A DNA stretch of 63,397 nucleotides, the filler included, from Gonapodya sp. JEL0774 (lineage: Eukaryota): assembly GCA_027604505.1 (NCBI GenBank). It is 2 parts of 2 records of this genome, joined end to end, with 100 filler letters (N's around TTAATTAATTAA, not from the genome) between each part and the next. Parts side by side here need not be neighbours in the genome. Positions count along the whole stretch, not along the records: positions 31,889 to 63,397 come from JADIIX010000199.1; 1 more part is not named here. One strand, 5' to 3'. Below the pieces are notes generated by a model. That model did not search any database and was not told the origin of the DNA. It worked only from the letters and a program-made list of their open reading frames with translations. Below, in pieces: positions 62,825 to 63,397 of this stretch. Position numbers and translations under genes: made by a program. How positions within the stretch are numbered: position 1 is the stretch's first letter; each line of letters starts with the position of its first letter.

Positions 62825-63397
62825 TCTACAAAAGTGTCTCGAATGATTGTTATGGCTTATTGTGAGGGCCAAGATTTCCGCAACTCTTTATTATTGAAGG
62901 CATGAAGGCAATAATGATAATCCCCGTGCTTCCTAAACTCTACCCCGCCGCAGGCTGTAGCAGCGGTGGCCTCGACACTCTTTTCTCAAAACGGAACTGT
63001 AACACTTCAAAAATGTTCTTGTATTTCGAAATCGAATCTTTTCACTTCAAAAACTGTTCCAAACTCGACTTGATCATTTACGGAGTTTTGGGATATCAAC
63101 ATGGCTGGAAAATGGGACCTCGTGCAGACGCAAACACCGCATGAGAATCCACGCATCACAATAGCAAGTAGACCATGTATTCGCACTGAGACTCAGCAGT
63201 ACACTAAGTAAAGCACGAAGAAGGGCGGAATCTTTAGATTACCACAAGTGACCTGCTCGCACGCTAAGTGCGCAGCTCTGTGCAGCACCTGCGCCACCGC
63301 TTTAGACAAAAAAAGCAACGCGAAATATGATGTAAACCTTAGGATAGATAGAAACTGCATTTGACTCAATACACGCCGCGACGGCATCTGAGCTATA

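Noticed and set aside
62900..63397. Short ORFs at the window end
   Set aside because: Too short or truncated to assign.

Overview
This is a eukaryotic, intron-rich, gene-dense window. It most likely comes from a zoosporic (chytrid-grade) fungus, because ciliary genes (CEP164, dynein-2 heavy chain) sit beside fungal-type genes (Ytp1, a Num1/Mcp5-type PH coiled-coil protein, a Plavaka transposon). In order: VWA8 (+); CEP164 (-) head-to-head with DYNC2H1 (+) across a quasi-palindromic 103-bp spacer; a strongly CpG-depleted block running through the dynein gene into decayed retroelement fragments; an artificial 100-nt assembly spacer (N44-TTAATTAATTAA-N44); a ~6.7-kb decayed two-gene Plavaka DNA transposon with identifiable terminal inverted repeats; then RPA34-like, thiolase-like, an intronless bacterial-looking NADAR, thioredoxin, a large coiled-coil/PH protein and Ytp1. 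Gene spans were spliced by eye, so some ends are approximate. Family calls come from remembered motifs, not database searches. No RNA genes or CRISPR arrays were found.
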